DNA of 64,000 bases from Myxococcales bacterium (GTDB lineage Bacteria > Myxococcota_A > UBA9042 > JABWCM01 > BTVJ01), in the NCBI GenBank assembly GCA_045863395.1, contig BTVJ01000001.1:96001-160000 (forward strand), in the 5' to 3' direction. The stretch's first letter is position 1. Each line of letters opens with the position of its first letter. Position numbers and translations under genes: made by a program. This document shows, in pieces, positions 48,787 to 59,852 of the stretch. A model generated the notes under the pieces. That model worked only from the letters and a program-made list of their open reading frames with translations, was not told where the DNA came from and did no database searches.

Positions 48787-49221
48787 CTACACGTACTTCT
48801 GCATGACGCCGGCGAGAGCGGGCACCGACTCCTCCACCTGCGCCTTGGCGCTCGGGCGGAGCTTCTCGTAGAGCTTCTTTGCGGTGGTGTGCTTCGTGCG
48901 GGAGGCGCGGGCGTCGGTCACCTCGAGGAGGGCCTCGGCGACGGGGCCCCGCTGGCGCGACAGGTGGGCCTCGAACGTGCCAGCCGCCGCCCATGAGGCG
49001 TAGAAGGGCTCGAGCTTGGCGATCCACTCGTCGAGGAGCGCGTCGACCACGCCCGCGATGAAGCCCGGCTTCAGGGCCTTGACCGTCTTGTAGGCGCCCT
49101 TGATGGCGAGGCCGCTCAGGCCGCCCTTCTTCGCCACCTCGGAGTCGATGAGCGCCACGCAGTCGTCAATCACGCGGGCGCGCTCGGGTTGCTTCGTCAC
49201 CTTGTCTGCCAGGGTAGCCAT
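48787..49221 (-). CDS. Conserved hypothetical protein (DUF6918-like)
   Basis: LIDSEVAKKGGLSGLAIKGAYKTVKALKPG...VAEALLEVTDARA...YEKLRPSAK. Confidence 0.8.
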   Translation of the reverse strand: MATLADKVTKQPERARVIDDCVALIDSEVAKKGGLSGLAIKGAYKTVKALKPGFIAGVVDALLDEWIAKLEPFYASWAAAGTFEAHLSRQRGPVAEALLEVTDARASRTKHTTAKKLYEKLRPSAKAQVEESVPALAGVMQKYV

Positions 49222-49305
49222 GTGTGCGCTCCTTTCCATGTCTCGGTGGCGCGGGAGGGTAGCAGAGGCGGCGCGAGCCCGCCAGGGCGACGGGCCGTCA
49301 CGGTG

Positions 49306-50610
49306 TCAGGGCGTGTGGACCACGTCCACCGCAGCCTCCAGCGCCACACCGCCGGCCGTCAGCGGAGTGGCCCCGCCGACGAGGATGGCCGTGTCCTCGC
49401 TCATTCCGATGCTCCGGTGGCCGAAGCGGGCTGGGAAGAGGGCCACGCCTGCCTGGGCGCTTACCTGTCCGCCCGTCTTGCCGATGACCTCCGTCTTCGA
49501 CACCGCGAGGCCCATGGCGTCGAGGCCGCCGCTGACCAGCACGCGCCCGCCGACGAGCGTCGCTGCCTGGTGGTACGCGCGCGCGCTGTCCAGGCGGAAG
49601 TTGGCCGTCGGCGGGGCGAGCCCGGTGCCCGTCTCGGTGCTGATCACCTCGATGCGCGGCTCCAGGGCCGTCCGGGCCTTGTTGGTGTAGCCCCCGGTCA
49701 CGTACACGACCCGCGTGACGGGATCGTAGGCCAGGGCGTGCCCCACCCGCCCGCCAAGCGCCAGGCTCTGGGGGATCTTGCCGTTGGGGAGGAACGCGCC
49801 CGTCTCCCTGTCGAAGACGTCGATGGCGCCCACGGTGGAGTCCTCGTCTTCGCCTCCCACCAGGAAGGTGTAGTAGCCCTCCACGTTGACGGCCCGGTGG
49901 TTCCAGCGGGGGCCGACGGCGATCGAGCCGACGCGCTTGACCCCCGCAGGGCTCCAGACCTCGTAGCTGACCCGCGCGTCGCCCTCCCCTCCAGCCACCA
50001 GCGCGAAGACTTCGCCCTTGCCATCGGCGTTCCGGTAATCGAGCAGCGACGCGGTGTGACCGACCCGCGGGCGGCTGAGCCCAGGCATGGAGCCCACCGC
50101 CTGGAAGTCGCTCTGGGCGATGCGGAACACCTCCACTGCGCTCGACACGGAGGTGACCCCGGAGACCTGGGTGTAGCCGCCGAACACCGCGATACGGTCC
50201 GCGTCCGGGAACAACAGCGCCTCGTGGCCTGTGCGCGGGTAGTACAGCGTCTGGGGGCTCGCCGGGTCGCTCGCCAGAGCCGTGACCTGGCCCGTCGCGG
50301 GATCGTAGATCTCGACGGTGTCGAGGATGGTCTCCATCGCCTCGGGTCGGCCCTCCGCGACCGCGCGCGCGTCGGCGTCCTTCTTCGGGATGAACCCCCC
50401 GATGATCACGATGCGCCCGTCACCGAGGACCGTCGCCGTCGCCCCCACGCGGCCCTGGGTCATCACCCCCTTGACGGAGGCCGAGCCCGGGCCCACCTCC
50501 ACCCCCGGATCGCCGGGGACCGGCGGCGAGTCCGGCGACACGGCATCCCCCTCACACCCGGCCACCACGAGGGCCAGCCCCAACCAATACAGACATCGCG
50601 CGCTCGGCAT
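49306..50610 (-). CDS. Kelch-repeat beta-propeller lipoprotein
   Basis: Lipobox VVAG-C; repeated RxGHxAxLL...GG...EIYDP units. Confidence 0.88.
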   Translation of the reverse strand: MPSARCLYWLGLALVVAGCEGDAVSPDSPPVPGDPGVEVGPGSASVKGVMTQGRVGATATVLGDGRIVIIGGFIPKKDADARAVAEGRPEAMETILDTVEIYDPATGQVTALASDPASPQTLYYPRTGHEALLFPDADRIAVFGGYTQVSGVTSVSSAVEVFRIAQSDFQAVGSMPGLSRPRVGHTASLLDYRNADGKGEVFALVAGGEGDARVSYEVWSPAGVKRVGSIAVGPRWNHRAVNVEGYYTFLVGGEDEDSTVGAIDVFDRETGAFLPNGKIPQSLALGGRVGHALAYDPVTRVVYVTGGYTNKARTALEPRIEVISTETGTGLAPPTANFRLDSARAYHQAATLVGGRVLVSGGLDAMGLAVSKTEVIGKTGGQVSAQAGVALFPARFGHRSIGMSEDTAILVGGATPLTAGGVALEAAVDVVHTP

Positions 50611-50722
50611 GCACCGCCTCCGTGACGAACACACTTCTACCAGCACTTCCGGGCGCGGGCCACTCGGCGCATTGATTTTGGGACGCCCTGGGGGTATGAC
50701 CGCGCGACCGGAGGTGCGGATC

Positions 50723-51478
50723 ATGGAGTTGAAGGACAAGGTCGTTCTGATGACCGGGGCGTCCAGCGGCATCGGCCGCGCGGTCGCCGTGCAGTTGGGG
50801 GTGGAGGGCGCCAAGGTCGCCTTGGTGGCCCGCCGCGAGGACCAGCTCGACGAGGTGGCGCGGGCGGTGCGGGCCGCGGGGGGTGAGACGCTGGTGCTCC
50901 CCGCGGACGTGTCGGACCGGGAGGCGGCGGCGCAGGTGGTGGACGCTGCGCAGCGAGAGTGGGGGCACATCGACACGGTGATCGCCAACGCGGGCGTGGG
51001 CGTGACCCGGCCCGCGCACAAGCTGCGCATCGACGACGTGGAGGCCATGATCCGCGTCAACTACCTCGGGGCGGTCTACGTCGTGCTCTCCGCGCTCCCG
51101 CAGATGGTCGAGCGGAAGAGCGGCCACCTGGTCGGGGTGTCCAGCCTCGCGGCCTACCGCGGGCTCCCCGGCTCGGCGGGCTACTCCGCGAGCAAGGCGG
51201 CGCTCAGCGCCTTCTTCGAGAGCCTGCGCGTCGATCTGCGCCCCCACGGCATCCTCGTGACCACGGTCCACCCGGGCTTCGTGCGGACGCCGATGACGGA
51301 CAAGAACAAGTTCCCCATGCCCTTCCTCATGGACGTGGACACCGCCGCGCGGATCATGGTGCAGGGCATCAAGGCCGGACGCAGCGAGGTCAACTTCCCG
51401 TGGCAGCTTGCGGGAATCATGACGGCCGTGCGGCGCTTCCCGAATCTGCTCTTCGACCGTGCCTTTCCGAAGAGTTAG
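50723..51478 (+). CDS. SDR family oxidoreductase
   Basis: TGASSGIG, NAG, YSASK, PGFVRT; upstream TTGATT-17-TATGAC and GGAGGT. Confidence 0.95.
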   Translation: MELKDKVVLMTGASSGIGRAVAVQLGVEGAKVALVARREDQLDEVARAVRAAGGETLVLPADVSDREAAAQVVDAAQREWGHIDTVIANAGVGVTRPAHKLRIDDVEAMIRVNYLGAVYVVLSALPQMVERKSGHLVGVSSLAAYRGLPGSAGYSASKAALSAFFESLRVDLRPHGILVTTVHPGFVRTPMTDKNKFPMPFLMDVDTAARIMVQGIKAGRSEVNFPWQLAGIMTAVRRFPNLLFDRAFPKS

Positions 51479-51537
51479 CCGCTCGATTCGGATCACCGGC
51501 CGTTGACCCCCGGCCGGACCCCTGCTACACCCGAGGC

Positions 51538-53085
51538 ATGAGCCGCAACGCGCGAGTCGTGCTCTTCATCGCCCTCCTGGCCGCAGGGCTGCCCGGCCTG
51601 CTCGCACCCGCGACGGCGGAGCCCGAGGCGCCACTACCACGCCGCGGCCTCGACGACCCGACGAGGGCGGAGGCCGGGCGCCTTCCGCGGAGAGACACTG
51701 CCGCGGACCCGGCGCCAGCGTTCGGCCCCAGCACCCGCGAGATCCCGTTCACGGGTGGCGCGGGCAAGGTCGTGCTCCACATCCGCATCGACGGCACCAT
51801 CGACCTCGGCCTCGCGCCCTTCGTGCAGCGCGTGGTCGAGGCGGCGGGCAAGCGCCCCGAGGTCCTCGCCATCGTGACGGAGATGGACACCCCCGGCGGA
51901 CGCGTGGACGCGGCCGTGCGCATCAAGGACGCGCTGCTCGAGTCCAAGAAGCCGACGGTCGTGTTCATCCACAGCCAGGCGATCAGCGCCGGCGCCCTCA
52001 TCGCCTACGCCCACGACTTCATCGTGGTGTCGCAGGGCGCGACCATGGGCGCGGCGACCCCCATCCAGCTCGGGCAGGGGGGCGAGGCCCAGCCGGTGGG
52101 CGAGAAGGTCGTCTCCTACATGCGCGGGGTCATGCGCTCCACGGCGGAGGCCAAGGGACGCAACGGGGACGTCGCCGAGGCCATGGTGGACGCGACCCTC
52201 GAGGTGCCGGGGGTCAGCGCCAAGGACAAGCTCCTGACCCTCGACCGGACCAAGGCGCTGGCCATCGGCGTGGCCGATCTGCACGCCGAGTCGCTGGAGG
52301 AGGTGCTCTCGGCGATGCGCCTCGACGGCGCGACGGTCGAGGAGCTCACGCCCAACTGGGCGGAGAACGTGGCTCGAGTGCTGACCGACCCCGTGATCTC
52401 CGGCATGCTGATGACCTTCGGCTTCCTGGGGCTGCTCATCGAGCTCTACACCCCGGGCTTCGGCATCGCGGGCATCATCGGGCTCACGGGGCTCGTCCTG
52501 TTCTTCCTCGGGCACTACATCGTGATGCTCGCCGGCCTGGAGGAGCTTCTCCTGCTGTTGGCGGGCCTGATCCTGCTCGCCCTGGAGATGTTCGTCATCC
52601 CGGGCTTCGGCATCGCGGGCATCCTCGGCATCGCCGCCGTCGGTGTCGCGCTCGTGCTCATGCTGACAGGGCTCCCCGTCGAGGTGAGCTGGGAGGCCGG
52701 AATGCTCACGGAGGCCATCGTCACGGTGCTGGTGTCTTTCGTCGCCACCGTGGTGCTGCTCGTGCTGTTCACGCGCTTCTTCCCGCGCACGCGGGCGTCC
52801 AGGCGGCTCGTGCTGGGCACGACCATGGCGCAGTCGGACGGCTACCAGTCCTTCGACGACGCGTCGGCGAGCCGCCTGCTCGGGCAGAGCGGGCTGGCGC
52901 TCACGATCCTGCGCCCGTCTGGTCGCGGGGACTTCGGCGGACAGCAGCTCGACGTGGTCACCCGCGGCGAGTTCGTGAGCCCGGGCACCCCCATCGAGGT
53001 CATCAAGGTCGAGGGCGCCAACGTCATCGTGCGCGCCTGCCAACCCCACAGCGGGGAGCAGCCCCCAAAGGAGACCACCCCATGA
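51538..53085 (+). CDS. nfeD: Long NfeD (YqeZ-like) membrane-bound serine protease
   Basis: [27 protein letters not shown] bundle with ELYTPGFGI / [11 protein letters not shown]-terminal OB-fold LRPSG. Confidence 0.92.
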   Translation: MSRNARVVLFIALLAAGLPGLLAPATAEPEAPLPRRGLDDPTRAEAGRLPRRDTAADPAPAFGPSTREIPFTGGAGKVVLHIRIDGTIDLGLAPFVQRVVEAAGKRPEVLAIVTEMDTPGGRVDAAVRIKDALLESKKPTVVFIHSQAISAGALIAYAHDFIVVSQGATMGAATPIQLGQGGEAQPVGEKVVSYMRGVMRSTAEAKGRNGDVAEAMVDATLEVPGVSAKDKLLTLDRTKALAIGVADLHAESLEEVLSAMRLDGATVEELTPNWAENVARVLTDPVISGMLMTFGFLGLLIELYTPGFGIAGIIGLTGLVLFFLGHYIVMLAGLEELLLLLAGLILLALEMFVIPGFGIAGILGIAAVGVALVLMLTGLPVEVSWEAGMLTEAIVTVLVSFVATVVLLVLFTRFFPRTRASRRLVLGTTMAQSDGYQSFDDASASRLLGQSGLALTILRPSGRGDFGGQQLDVVTRGEFVSPGTPIEVIKVEGANVIVRACQPHSGEQPPKETTP

Positions 53086-54107
53086 CACCCCTCCTCGCGC
53101 AGGCCATGACCCCGGAGGCCAGCATCAGCGTCGCGCTGATCGCCGGGCTCGTCTTGATCGGGCTCATCTTCTTCTTCTACTTCGTGCCCGTGCGCCTCTG
53201 GATCGCCGCATGGAGCTCCGGGGCGCCCGTCGGCATCATCACGCTCATCGCCATGCGGCTTCGGCGCGTGTCGCCCGCCGCCATCGTCAACCCGTTGATC
53301 AACGCCACCAAGGCGGGGCTCGGACTGTCCACGGACCAGCTCGAGAGCCACTACCTGGCCGGCGGTCGGGTCAACGAGGTGGTCATGGCGCTGATCAGCG
53401 CCAACAAGGCCAACATCCAGCTCGACTTCAACAAGGCCGCGGCCATCGACCTCGCCGGGCGCAACGTGCACGAGGCCGTCCAGATGAGCGTGAACCCGAA
53501 GGTGGTCACGACGCCGCGGGTCTCGGCGGTCGCCAAGGACGGCATCCAGCTCGTGGTCATGGCGCGGGTGACCCTGCGGGCGAACATCGACAAGCTGGTG
53601 GGCGGCGCCGGGGAGGAGACCATCGTCGCCCGCGTGGGCGAGGGCATCGTGTCGACCATCGGCTCTGCCGAGAGCTACGAGAAGGTGCTGGAGAACCCGG
53701 ACATCATCTCCAAGACCGTGCTCTCCAAGGGCCTGGACGTGGGCACAGCCTACCAGATCCTCTCCATCGACATCGCGGACGTGGACGTCGGTGAGAACGT
53801 GGGCGCCAAGCTCCAGACGGAGCAGGCCGACGCGGACAAGCGCATCGCCCAGGCCCGCGCGGAGGGGCGCCGCGCCATGGCCGTGGCGGAGGAGCAGGAG
53901 ATGGCGGCCCGCGTCAAGGAGATGCGGGCCCGCGTCATCGAGGCGGAGAGCAAGATCCCGCTGGCCATCGCGGAGGCCTTCCGCAGCGGCAACCTCGGCG
54001 TCATGGACTACTACAACCTGAAGAACATCCAGGCGGACACCCAGATGCGGAGCGCCATCGGCACCCCGGAGAGCGGCCGGAAGGACAACCAGGATGAGCA
54101 GGCCTGA
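53082..54107 (+). CDS. floA: Flotillin-like protein FloA (YqfA)
   Basis: [65 protein letters not shown]. Confidence 0.95.
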   Translation: MTPLLAQAMTPEASISVALIAGLVLIGLIFFFYFVPVRLWIAAWSSGAPVGIITLIAMRLRRVSPAAIVNPLINATKAGLGLSTDQLESHYLAGGRVNEVVMALISANKANIQLDFNKAAAIDLAGRNVHEAVQMSVNPKVVTTPRVSAVAKDGIQLVVMARVTLRANIDKLVGGAGEETIVARVGEGIVSTIGSAESYEKVLENPDIISKTVLSKGLDVGTAYQILSIDIADVDVGENVGAKLQTEQADADKRIAQARAEGRRAMAVAEEQEMAARVKEMRARVIEAESKIPLAIAEAFRSGNLGVMDYYNLKNIQADTQMRSAIGTPESGRKDNQDEQA

Positions 54108-54242
54108 GCCGAAGCCCGTTGAGGCGGACGTGCGGGACCTGCGGCGGCGTCTGGTCCTTGCCGTGGTGCTCGGGCCCCCGCGCGCCCTGGCGCCGGTGCT
54201 TGGGCGCCCGCTCCCGGCGGCGCCACGGCCGGGTGGGCCCCG

Positions 54243-54701
54243 ATGAGTCCCCTCGGCAGCGAGCCGGCCCTGGTGCTGGCTGGGTTTGACGTCGATGACC
54301 TGATCACCATCGCGATCCTCCTCCTCTATGTGCTGCCCAACATCATCAGCGCCATCCGCAAGCGCCTGGCCCCAGAGACGGAGGCGCCACGCGAGGAGGT
54401 CCCGGAGGAACAGGCTGACCCGCTCGAGGCGCTGCGCCGGCGCATAGAGGAGCTGACCCGGGGCATCGAGGCCCGGCAGGCGCCGCCGGTCCAGGCGGTC
54501 GAGGCGGTCGAGGCGCCGCCTCCCCCGCGCTCCGAGCGGGTCCGTGAAGAAATGCCGCCTCCCCCCGTCGTTGGCCGCCGCTCGCGCCCCGGTCACGCCG
54601 AGGCGCTCACCGCGGCCGACGTCCGAGCCGCCGTGATCACACGGACGGCGCTGCTGCCGCCGCCCTCCGTGAGAGCAGCCCCCTGGCGACGTCACATCTG
54701 A
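54243..54701 (+). CDS. YqfB-like membrane protein downstream of floA
   Basis: One TM helix, charged linker, C-terminal DVRAAVITRTALLPPP; same position as yqfB in the yqeZ-yqfA-yqfB operon. Confidence 0.6.
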   Translation: MSPLGSEPALVLAGFDVDDLITIAILLLYVLPNIISAIRKRLAPETEAPREEVPEEQADPLEALRRRIEELTRGIEARQAPPVQAVEAVEAPPPPRSERVREEMPPPPVVGRRSRPGHAEALTAADVRAAVITRTALLPPPSVRAAPWRRHI

Positions 54702-54736
54702 CTGCACCGGGCGCGACGCGCCCTTGAGAGGACCCC

Positions 54737-55672
54737 ATGACTCGGCGCACCCTGGCCCTCCTGACCCTCGCGCTGCCCGCGCTGCTCACGATAGCACCTG
54801 CGCACGCGGCCCCGCTCAACGACCTCTTCGACCGCCTCCCGACCGGCGCCCGCACGGCCATCGCCATCGACGTGGCGGCCTTGCGGGCCTCCAAGCACTT
54901 CAACCAGGTCATCGCGGTGCTGGAGTCGGTCGACGAGGTGCGCTCCGTGCGCCTCGGGCCCGACTCGGGCCTGAGCCCTGCCACAGACCTCGACGCCATC
55001 GCCATGGTCGTCATGCTGGACGGCCGCGGCGTGGCCGCGGTGCGAGGAAAGAAGCTCGACGCCAAGAAGGCCCGCACCTACCTGACGAAGCGGGGCAAGG
55101 GCAAGCTGGACGAGCGCAAGGTAGACGGCGGCGTCATCCTCCAGAGCGCGGGCGGGCCGTCCGTCGCCTTCCTCGGCGACCAGATGGCGTTGGTCGGCCC
55201 GAGCGACCTGGTGGGGAAGGCCCTGGGAGTGAAGCCCGGCAAGCGGGAGCCGGTGCTCCGCGCCGGCAGCCTGGCGTACCTGCACAAGGCGGCGCCCAAG
55301 GACGCGCCCTTCTGGGCCATCGGCGCCACCCAGGTCGCGGACCGGGAGCGGCTCAAGAAGGCGGGCCGAACCATCGTCGCGGGCGTGGCCAACTACTCCG
55401 TGCGCGGCGACCTCGGGTCGGACCTGACGGTGACCACCACCGCAACCTGCACATCAGAGAAGGCCTGCACGACCCTCGGCGAGTCCATCGAGGGCAAGCT
55501 GAACGAGCTCAAGTCGGCCATGACGCTCAAGCTGCTGGGCGTGGCCGCGTACCTGGACAAGGTCTCCCTCGCCCAGAGCGCGGACAAGCTGACGCTCAAG
55601 GTGGACCTCGACGACTCGTCGCTCGGCGTGCTCCTCGCCGTGGGGCCGCGGCTCTACAAGGCGTTTCGCTGA
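54737..55672 (+). CDS. Secreted hypothetical protein
   Basis: Signal peptide ending AHA-A; GAGGA RBS; 311 aa. Confidence 0.8.
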   Translation: MTRRTLALLTLALPALLTIAPAHAAPLNDLFDRLPTGARTAIAIDVAALRASKHFNQVIAVLESVDEVRSVRLGPDSGLSPATDLDAIAMVVMLDGRGVAAVRGKKLDAKKARTYLTKRGKGKLDERKVDGGVILQSAGGPSVAFLGDQMALVGPSDLVGKALGVKPGKREPVLRAGSLAYLHKAAPKDAPFWAIGATQVADRERLKKAGRTIVAGVANYSVRGDLGSDLTVTTTATCTSEKACTTLGESIEGKLNELKSAMTLKLLGVAAYLDKVSLAQSADKLTLKVDLDDSSLGVLLAVGPRLYKAFR

Positions 55673-55687
55673 CCGCTTCCTGTCGCG

Positions 55688-57502
55688 CTAGAGAGCGGGC
55701 ACGGAGGGCTCCTCACCAGGGACCTTCGACGTCTTGGAGTCGTCGCCCACGGCTGGAACCGAGAAGGTCCCGGAGCCGACGACCGGGACCTCGGTCTCCC
55801 GTCGAGGGGGCAGGCCGGGCTCGCGCTGTTCGCTCGGTTGCGGCTGTGCGTCACTTGCAGGCGGCGCCGGAGCCACCATCGACGGGCCACCCTGCCGACC
55901 CCTGCCAGACCGCCGCCCTTGCAGCGCTGACTCCGACAAGGGCCCAGCAGCCTTCGCCGCCGACGCCGAGCCCTGCGTCGGAGCGTCGTCCGTAAACACC
56001 GGCGACAGGTCGATGGTCAACCGCGCCTCCTGCGCCCCGTCCGCCACGCGCAACGGCATTGGGGCGGTGACGGTCGTGCCAAGGCGGAAGCGGACGCTAT
56101 AGGGCAGCGCCGCGGCAGGCACGTTGAGGACCAGCGGCGTGAGCCCCATGGACGGGCCGTCGTCGCGGGCGTCGGCGGCGAGCACGTCGAGCTGGGTCGG
56201 CACCGTGTGGAGGTCGATGTGCACCAGGGCCACCGCCGCAGGCTGGGGCGCTGGCGGAGGATCGACGAGTGGAGCAGCAGCCGGCTCCGCAGACGGCACC
56301 ACTTGAGGCGCGATGTCCGGGCCGGCCGGCGCGGCGGCGGGCGCCCCGCGCGTCTCTGGCGCGGTCGACGCCTTGATCGTGATGGCCTCGCCGCTGGGAG
56401 CACCGCCGGGTCCTGTCTCGGGACGCGGAGCCCCCGACAAGGCGGCGCCAGACTCCGGAGGGGCGGGACCGGCAGCCTGCTCGCGCCCGAGCCCGTACCA
56501 GAGGGCCGCGCCGGCAAGGAGCGCGGCGAGGCCTCCCAGGGCAACTGCCGCCGGCTTCATCCGCCGCGGAGTCGCGACCAGTGGCTCCTCCCGCGTCCGG
56601 CCCGTCAGGTCCAGGCTCCTGGCCACGCGGTCCAGATCGGCCGCCATGGCCTCGGCGCTCTGGTAGCGGTCATCCGGCGCCTTGGCCATGGCCTTGCGCA
56701 GCACCGGCCAGAGCGCCTTGGGGCACACGTCGCGGCCGAGCTGCGGTGGCGCCTCGTTGACGTGCTTGTAGAGGACCGCCATGGGGTCGGCGCCGAGGAA
56801 GGGGTACTTCATGGCGAGCAGGCGGTAGAAGATCACGCCGAGGGAGTAGATGTCGGCGCGGTGGTCGACCCGCTCCCCGGCGATCTGCTCGGGCGGCATC
56901 GTCTTCGGGCTGCCCAGGATGAGGCCCGTCCGCGTGAAGCGCTCCTCCTCGCCCAGCTCGTCCTCGGCCAGGATCTTCGCGATCCCGAAGTCGAGCACCT
57001 TCACGATGTCCCGTGAGAGTCCGCGCGAGACCAGCATGAGGTTCTCGGTCTTGAGGTCGCGGTGGACGATCTTGTGGGCGTGGGCGAGCGCCAGGGCGTC
57101 GAGGGTCTGACGCACGATGGAGACGGCCTCGGCCGCCGAGAACGCGCCCGCCTCCTTCAGGCGGGCCGACAGGGTGCTGCCCTCGACGTACTCCATCACC
57201 ATGTACGGGATGCCCTCGTGGGTGCCGTACTCGTACATGTCGACGATGTTGGGGTGGCGGAGGCTCGCTACGAGCCGCGCCTCCTGCTCGAAGCGCTGGA
57301 CGACGGCCGGCGTCAGGCGGTCGCCCACGTTGAGGAACTTGATCGCCACCTCGCGGTTCAGCGTCGTCTGACGAGCGGCATGGACGGTGCCCATGCCCCC
57401 GCGGCCGATGCGGCGCCCTACCACGTACCTCCCACCGACGAGCGCGCCCTCCAGAGACCCGGGCTCCTTCGGAACAGGTGGGGGCTTCATCTCGTGGCTC
57501 AT
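55688..57502 (-). CDS. Membrane Ser/Thr protein kinase
   Basis: IGRGGMGTV, VAIK, HRDLKTEN, DFGIAK, DIYSLG; TM helix and Pro/Ala-rich extracytoplasmic tail; start at MSHEMK. Confidence 0.93.
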   Translation of the reverse strand: MSHEMKPPPVPKEPGSLEGALVGGRYVVGRRIGRGGMGTVHAARQTTLNREVAIKFLNVGDRLTPAVVQRFEQEARLVASLRHPNIVDMYEYGTHEGIPYMVMEYVEGSTLSARLKEAGAFSAAEAVSIVRQTLDALALAHAHKIVHRDLKTENLMLVSRGLSRDIVKVLDFGIAKILAEDELGEEERFTRTGLILGSPKTMPPEQIAGERVDHRADIYSLGVIFYRLLAMKYPFLGADPMAVLYKHVNEAPPQLGRDVCPKALWPVLRKAMAKAPDDRYQSAEAMAADLDRVARSLDLTGRTREEPLVATPRRMKPAAVALGGLAALLAGAALWYGLGREQAAGPAPPESGAALSGAPRPETGPGGAPSGEAITIKASTAPETRGAPAAAPAGPDIAPQVVPSAEPAAAPLVDPPPAPQPAAVALVHIDLHTVPTQLDVLAADARDDGPSMGLTPLVLNVPAAALPYSVRFRLGTTVTAPMPLRVADGAQEARLTIDLSPVFTDDAPTQGSASAAKAAGPLSESALQGRRSGRGRQGGPSMVAPAPPASDAQPQPSEQREPGLPPRRETEVPVVGSGTFSVPAVGDDSKTSKVPGEEPSVPAL

Positions 57503-57522
57503 CGGGCCTCCGCGGGCTCGAA

Positions 57523-58296
57523 TCAGAAGGAGCCCTGCGCGGCGACGCCGAACCAGTCTGCGCCCCCTGTGGGCAGCGCGGCCACCGGCTCGCCGTCGCC
57601 GAGCGCGAAGAACAGGACCGTGCCGGTGACCACGCTCGCCAAGCCGACTCCCAGCGTGATGTCCGTGACCAGGGCGTAGGTGCGGACGCTGTCCTGGTGG
57701 CTCTCCTGGTCGCTGCGCGCCGTGGCCTTGCCGAACTTGTCGTACTCGTCGAGCGCCAGACCCCCGAAGACACCGGCGGTCACCAAGGCCGCCCCGCCGA
57801 TGCCGATGAGCGTCCATTCGAGGGCGCGGCTGCGGCTGGCAGAGGGTTGGCGCGCCGAGATGCCAGGGTCGGGCGCGTCGTCGGCGACCGGCACGCGGAC
57901 CGGCGAGCGCCCGGGATCCTGCGCGGCACGCAGCGCCATCTCGTCGCGCAGCGCCTGGAGGTGCTTGAGCGCCCGCGTCCGCTCGCTCGCCTCGCTCCCG
58001 GGGAGCGCCAGGAACCGCTCGAAGGCCGTGATCGCCTCCTCGTTCCGGCCGAGCTTCTCAAGGCACCGCGCGACGTTGAACACGAGGTTTGGGACCTCGC
58101 GAATCGCACGGGCCGCCTGGAATGCCTCCAGCGCCTCGGCGAAACGCTCCGCCGTGAACGCCTCGATCCCCACCCCGACGTGGCGCTTGAACGCCTCCTC
58201 CCTGGCGTCCTCGGGCCCAGAAGGAGCTTGGGCCGAGGCCATGGGCGCAGTCGCCACCACGAGCCCAAGGACGCATGCGCGCATCAACCCGTGCAT
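57523..58296 (-). CDS. Exported TPR protein with C-terminal hydrophobic helices
   Basis: Signal peptide; EALEAFQAA...NLVFNVARCLEKLG...AITAFERFL; C-terminus QGSF. Confidence 0.85.
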   Translation of the reverse strand: MHGLMRACVLGLVVATAPMASAQAPSGPEDAREEAFKRHVGVGIEAFTAERFAEALEAFQAARAIREVPNLVFNVARCLEKLGRNEEAITAFERFLALPGSEASERTRALKHLQALRDEMALRAAQDPGRSPVRVPVADDAPDPGISARQPSASRSRALEWTLIGIGGAALVTAGVFGGLALDEYDKFGKATARSDQESHQDSVRTYALVTDITLGVGLASVVTGTVLFFALGDGEPVAALPTGGADWFGVAAQGSF

Positions 58297-58426
58297 GTCA
58301 CACTGCCTCCTTGTCCGGCGAAGTGCGCTCCACCGAAGCCGCTCACCGGGGGAGCCGACCCGGCGAAATGGGGCGACGACTCCGGCCCCTCGCCCGGACG
58401 CATCGGAGCCCGCCGGTCACGGGGGC

Positions 58427-59680
58427 TCACTTGTCCCCCGGGCAACTGCCGGGCACGACACCAGGGGTCGGCTTGCCATCGACGTCGTCGCCGACCACGC
58501 CCTGCACGAACCAGCACATGCGGAGCAGCTCGGCGTCGGTGAACTGCTTGCCGGCGCCGAGCCGCTCCTTCCCCGCCGTGTCCTTGATGGGGCCCGGGAA
58601 GGGGAGCTGCTGTCCCTTCACACCGGGCTCCGCCAGCTTGGGGATGAGGCCCTCGATCTCCAGCCGCGTGGCGGTGGGGACGATGTCCGTGTTCATCTCC
58701 GAGAGGTAGACGATGCTCTCCTTCGGATCGCTCTTCATCTGCTCCCAGATGGGGTCCGTCGAGTCCCAGGTGCCGTCGACCATCTGCCCCAGAATGCGGG
58801 CGAGGAGGGGCCCCCAGTTCCAGTACGCCGACGCCATGCAGGTCTTGGGGGCAAATTTGCAGCTATCGGGGTTGTCGTAACCGATGGAGTACACCGGACC
58901 GCCGTCGCTCGCCTTCAGGGTCGACGACACCTCCAAGGGGACGGTGGTGTCGGTCGAGCCCAGGATGATGTCGGCGCCCGCGTCGACCAGCGCCTTGGTC
59001 GCAGCGGCCTCCTCGTCGGGCGCGAACCACGCGTTGACCCACCGCACGTGCACGACGGCGTCCGGGTTGACGGCGCGCACGCCCATGGTGAAGGCGTTGA
59101 TGTGCCGCACGGTCTCGGGGATGACGACCGGGCCCACGATGCCGATGCGGTTGGTGCGCGTCATGCGACCGGCGAGCTGCCCGGCCATCCACTTCACCTG
59201 GTACATGCGCCCGAAGTACGAGCCCAGGTTCGGCGACGTGACGAAGCCCGAGCAGATGAGAAATTGCGCTCCCGGGTTGTTGGCGGCCTTGCTCTGCACG
59301 GGGACCAGGAAGTCGTAGCTTGTCCCGACGATGACGTTGTGTCCCTGCTCCAGCAGGTCGTCGATCACGGCCGGGGCGTCCACCGCGCTGACGGAGGGCG
59401 CAAAGCTGGTCTCGATGCCCGGGACCTTCGACTCCAGGTACTTGCGGCTCAGATCGTGGGTGAGCGTCCACCCGTGGTCACCCACCGGGCCCACGTACAC
59501 GAAGCCCACCTTGGGCGGGCCGGAGAGCTTGCCGGTCCCAGCCGCGTCGCTGGAACCAGCGGCGGTGTCGACCTGGGCCTTCGTGTCCTGGTCGCTGTGG
59601 ATGGTGGGGTCGAGCAGCAGAGAGCAGCGGACGGTCGACAGCGCCAAGCAACAGAGCAGGATCCCTCTAGACGTTGCCAT
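58427..59680 (-). CDS. BMP-family (purine nucleoside-type) substrate-binding lipoprotein
   Basis: KVGFVYVGPVGDHGWTLTHD, RHINAFTMG, WFAPDEE, WNWGP; N-terminal CSLLLDP. Confidence 0.9.
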   Translation of the reverse strand: MATSRGILLCCLALSTVRCSLLLDPTIHSDQDTKAQVDTAAGSSDAAGTGKLSGPPKVGFVYVGPVGDHGWTLTHDLSRKYLESKVPGIETSFAPSVSAVDAPAVIDDLLEQGHNVIVGTSYDFLVPVQSKAANNPGAQFLICSGFVTSPNLGSYFGRMYQVKWMAGQLAGRMTRTNRIGIVGPVVIPETVRHINAFTMGVRAVNPDAVVHVRWVNAWFAPDEEAAATKALVDAGADIILGSTDTTVPLEVSSTLKASDGGPVYSIGYDNPDSCKFAPKTCMASAYWNWGPLLARILGQMVDGTWDSTDPIWEQMKSDPKESIVYLSEMNTDIVPTATRLEIEGLIPKLAEPGVKGQQLPFPGPIKDTAGKERLGAGKQFTDAELLRMCWFVQGVVGDDVDGKPTPGVVPGSCPGDK

Positions 59681-59852
59681 TCTGCTTGCTCCGGTCCCGA
59701 TCTGGCGGCTCACTATCGCACACGACGGAGTCCCCGACAACGACCCAGTGAGGGGTTCGGCACATCGGGACCCGCACTCCGCGCCCCTGGCCGATGGCGT
59801 CACCCCGGCGCCACCGGGTCGCTGGTGCGGCATCAGGTGGCACACGGTGGAA

